Of a stretch of 64,000 nt of DNA, positions 62,220 through 64,000 are shown piece after piece. The DNA comes from Eledone cirrhosa (Eukaryota). Position numbers and translations under genes: made by a program. Position 1 is the stretch's first letter, and the number at the start of each line of letters is the position of its first letter. The DNA is taken from assembly GCA_964016885.1 (NCBI GenBank), contig OZ024741.1, forward strand, positions 331,018,001 to 331,082,000. The letters run 5' to 3'. The notes under the pieces were generated by a model. That model searched no databases. It was not told the origin of the DNA and saw only the letters and a list, made by a program, of their open reading frames with translations.

Positions 62220-62365
62220 TACTGAATTCAAATTTTGCTGAGGCCAACTTTGATTTTCACTCCTCAGGAGTCAATAAAATAAAGTACCAATTATGTACTG
62301 GTTCAATTTAATTGACTAACCCCTTCCCCAAATTTCAGGCCTTGTGCATATGTAAGAAATCATTA
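62220..62365 (+). mobile_element. SINE fragment (same family as 46445-46657)
   Basis: GAATTCAAATTTTGCTGAGGCCAACTTTG..GTCAATAAAATAAAGTACCA..GGCCTTGTGC. Confidence 0.7.
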
Positions 62366-62929
62366 TTGTTTATGTTCTCCTCCTCCCCTTTCCTGCTGTT
62401 ATGTGTTGATCAGGTCTGGAAGAAATTACTTTATGTATCTCTATCACATCATTGTCTCACTCTTCCTCAACACATGACCCATCCATCTCATTCCATTTTT
62501 CTTCACAGCATCTATCACTGCAACAAATTACTTTATGTATCTCTATCCTCTGTCATCTTGTCTTCCCTCTTTGTTTTATTTGTTTTGAATTCTTTAACTA
62601 CAAACATTCAAACATTTGTCATATTTTTATTTATCATTACATAACTACATCATCATAACTGGTTCTATTCCGTTCAGTTTTCTCATCCAGTAATTTTCAT
62701 CCTTCCTCAACACATGACCCAACCATCTCACTCCATTTCTCTTCACAACGTTCATCACTGGCGCTATTCTCTTCCAACAGATAACCTATTTTCAGCCAGT
62801 TGATTGACTTAGTGGCTTTGCTGCTTGACTCAGAATCATAAGGTCCTGGGTTTGATTCCTGGACTGGGCAGTACATGATGTTCATTAGAAAGATGCTACA
62901 TTTCATGTTGCTTTTCATGATAGGTATGG

Positions 62930-64000
62930 GGCTTCTATCATTAAAACACTGAAGAGCCCTCCTATAAGATACAAACCAGCTAAACCTACATAGGTATGAG
63001 CTGTAACAACAACATGACAGGATTGTGGTCCCTATCATTAAAACACCCAAGAAATTTCCTATGAGATGAGACCTTGAGGCCAGCTAAACTTACATAGATG
63101 TGAGCTATAACAACAGCAACATGATAGGAATGTAACACCCATTATTGAAACACACAAGAAACCTTCTATGAGATGTAACCTTGTAGGAGGCCAGCTAAAC
63201 CTGCATGATATGTCTGAGGCCTCTATCATTAAACCACTCAAGACATTTCCTATGAGATGAGACCTAGAGGCCAGCTAAATTTAAATAAGTGTGAGCTGTA
63301 ACAACAACACTGAGACCCCTATCATTAAAACACCCAAGAAATCTCCTATGGGATGAAACCTTGAGGCCAGCTAAACTTACATAGTTCTGAGCTGTAACAA
63401 CAACGTTATTTTCAGTAATGAGTCACAACTATATATTACAGGGAATTGTTGATGTGTTATTGGTTGATAGTATTGTATTTATTGTTGTTGTTTTTTTGAT
63501 TACCTACAGGTGTTGAAACTGAAGATAATAGTGATAGTGATTACATAGATTTTATTGATTTAGAAATTATCAATTAGTTAATTCATGTTAGCAGAGGGTG
63601 TGTGGGATGGGTGGGAAACTGCTTGATATTCATTAATCTTGGGGTTATGTTGGTTGAGATCGTGACTGTATAGATATGGTGTAATGTACTGATTGTCTTA
63701 TCTCTAGTTAGTTGATAATTTGGAGGGTTAACATTCATGCTATGGTGTTTCTCTTCTCACCAAATAGTTGTGGTGGCTGTTTGGTAAACCTAGTTGCCAC
63801 AGCTCCTCTGTGTAGGTTTAGCTGGTCTTGGAGGTTTCTTGGGTCCTATCATGTTGATGTTATTACAGCTTGTACCTATGTAGGTTTGGCTGACCTCCTT
63901 TAAGGTTGCATCTCATAAGAGGTTTCTTGGGTGCTTTAAGGATAGGAACCTTATGATCATGAGTCCAACATCCTAACAACTAAGCCACATGTCATCACAA
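62930..64000. repeat. ~100-130-bp tandem repeat array (62930-63405) with an inverted array (63800-63960)
   Basis: Unit CTATCATTAAAACACCCAAGAAA..CCTATGAGATG..GGCCAGCTAAACTTACATAG..GAGCTGTAACAACA occurs ~5 times; reverse-complement units follow a ~400-bp spacer. Confidence 0.8.

Noticed and set aside
62930-63405. CRISPR-like repeat array
   Set aside because: Eukaryotic context; whole units are homologous, with no unique spacers and no cas genes.

Overview
This is AT-rich, repeat-dominated eukaryotic DNA. The SINE and MITE families resemble those I recall from coleoid cephalopods (Octopus-like); this assignment is inferred and not verified. About 23 kb (5.5-7.8, 13.9-16.4 and 17.0-34.5 kb, with a 200-N gap at 20290-20489) is a C-interrupted (TA)n array, which produces all the long Tyr/Ile 'ORFs'. 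Recognisable elements: (1) a near-intact ~4.3-kb RTE-clade LINE plus a 5'-truncated sister copy, both with a C4HC3 PHD finger inside the reverse-transcriptase domain; (2) many short RTE 3'-end fragments; (3) two CR1-group LINE relics, two CRE-like restriction-endonuclease LINE relics and further RTE relics; (4) two DD37D (maT) Tc1/mariner transposons; (5) mariner, hAT and piggyBac-type MITEs and tRNA-derived SINEs. The most unusual system is a family of non-coding, hammerhead-ribozyme-bearing, Penelope/retrozyme-like elements. They form fold-back palindromes whose arms end inside the ribozyme, and several copies carry a SINE at the same site. The only host-gene signal is a candidate promoter and first coding exon at ~59.5-59.7 kb.
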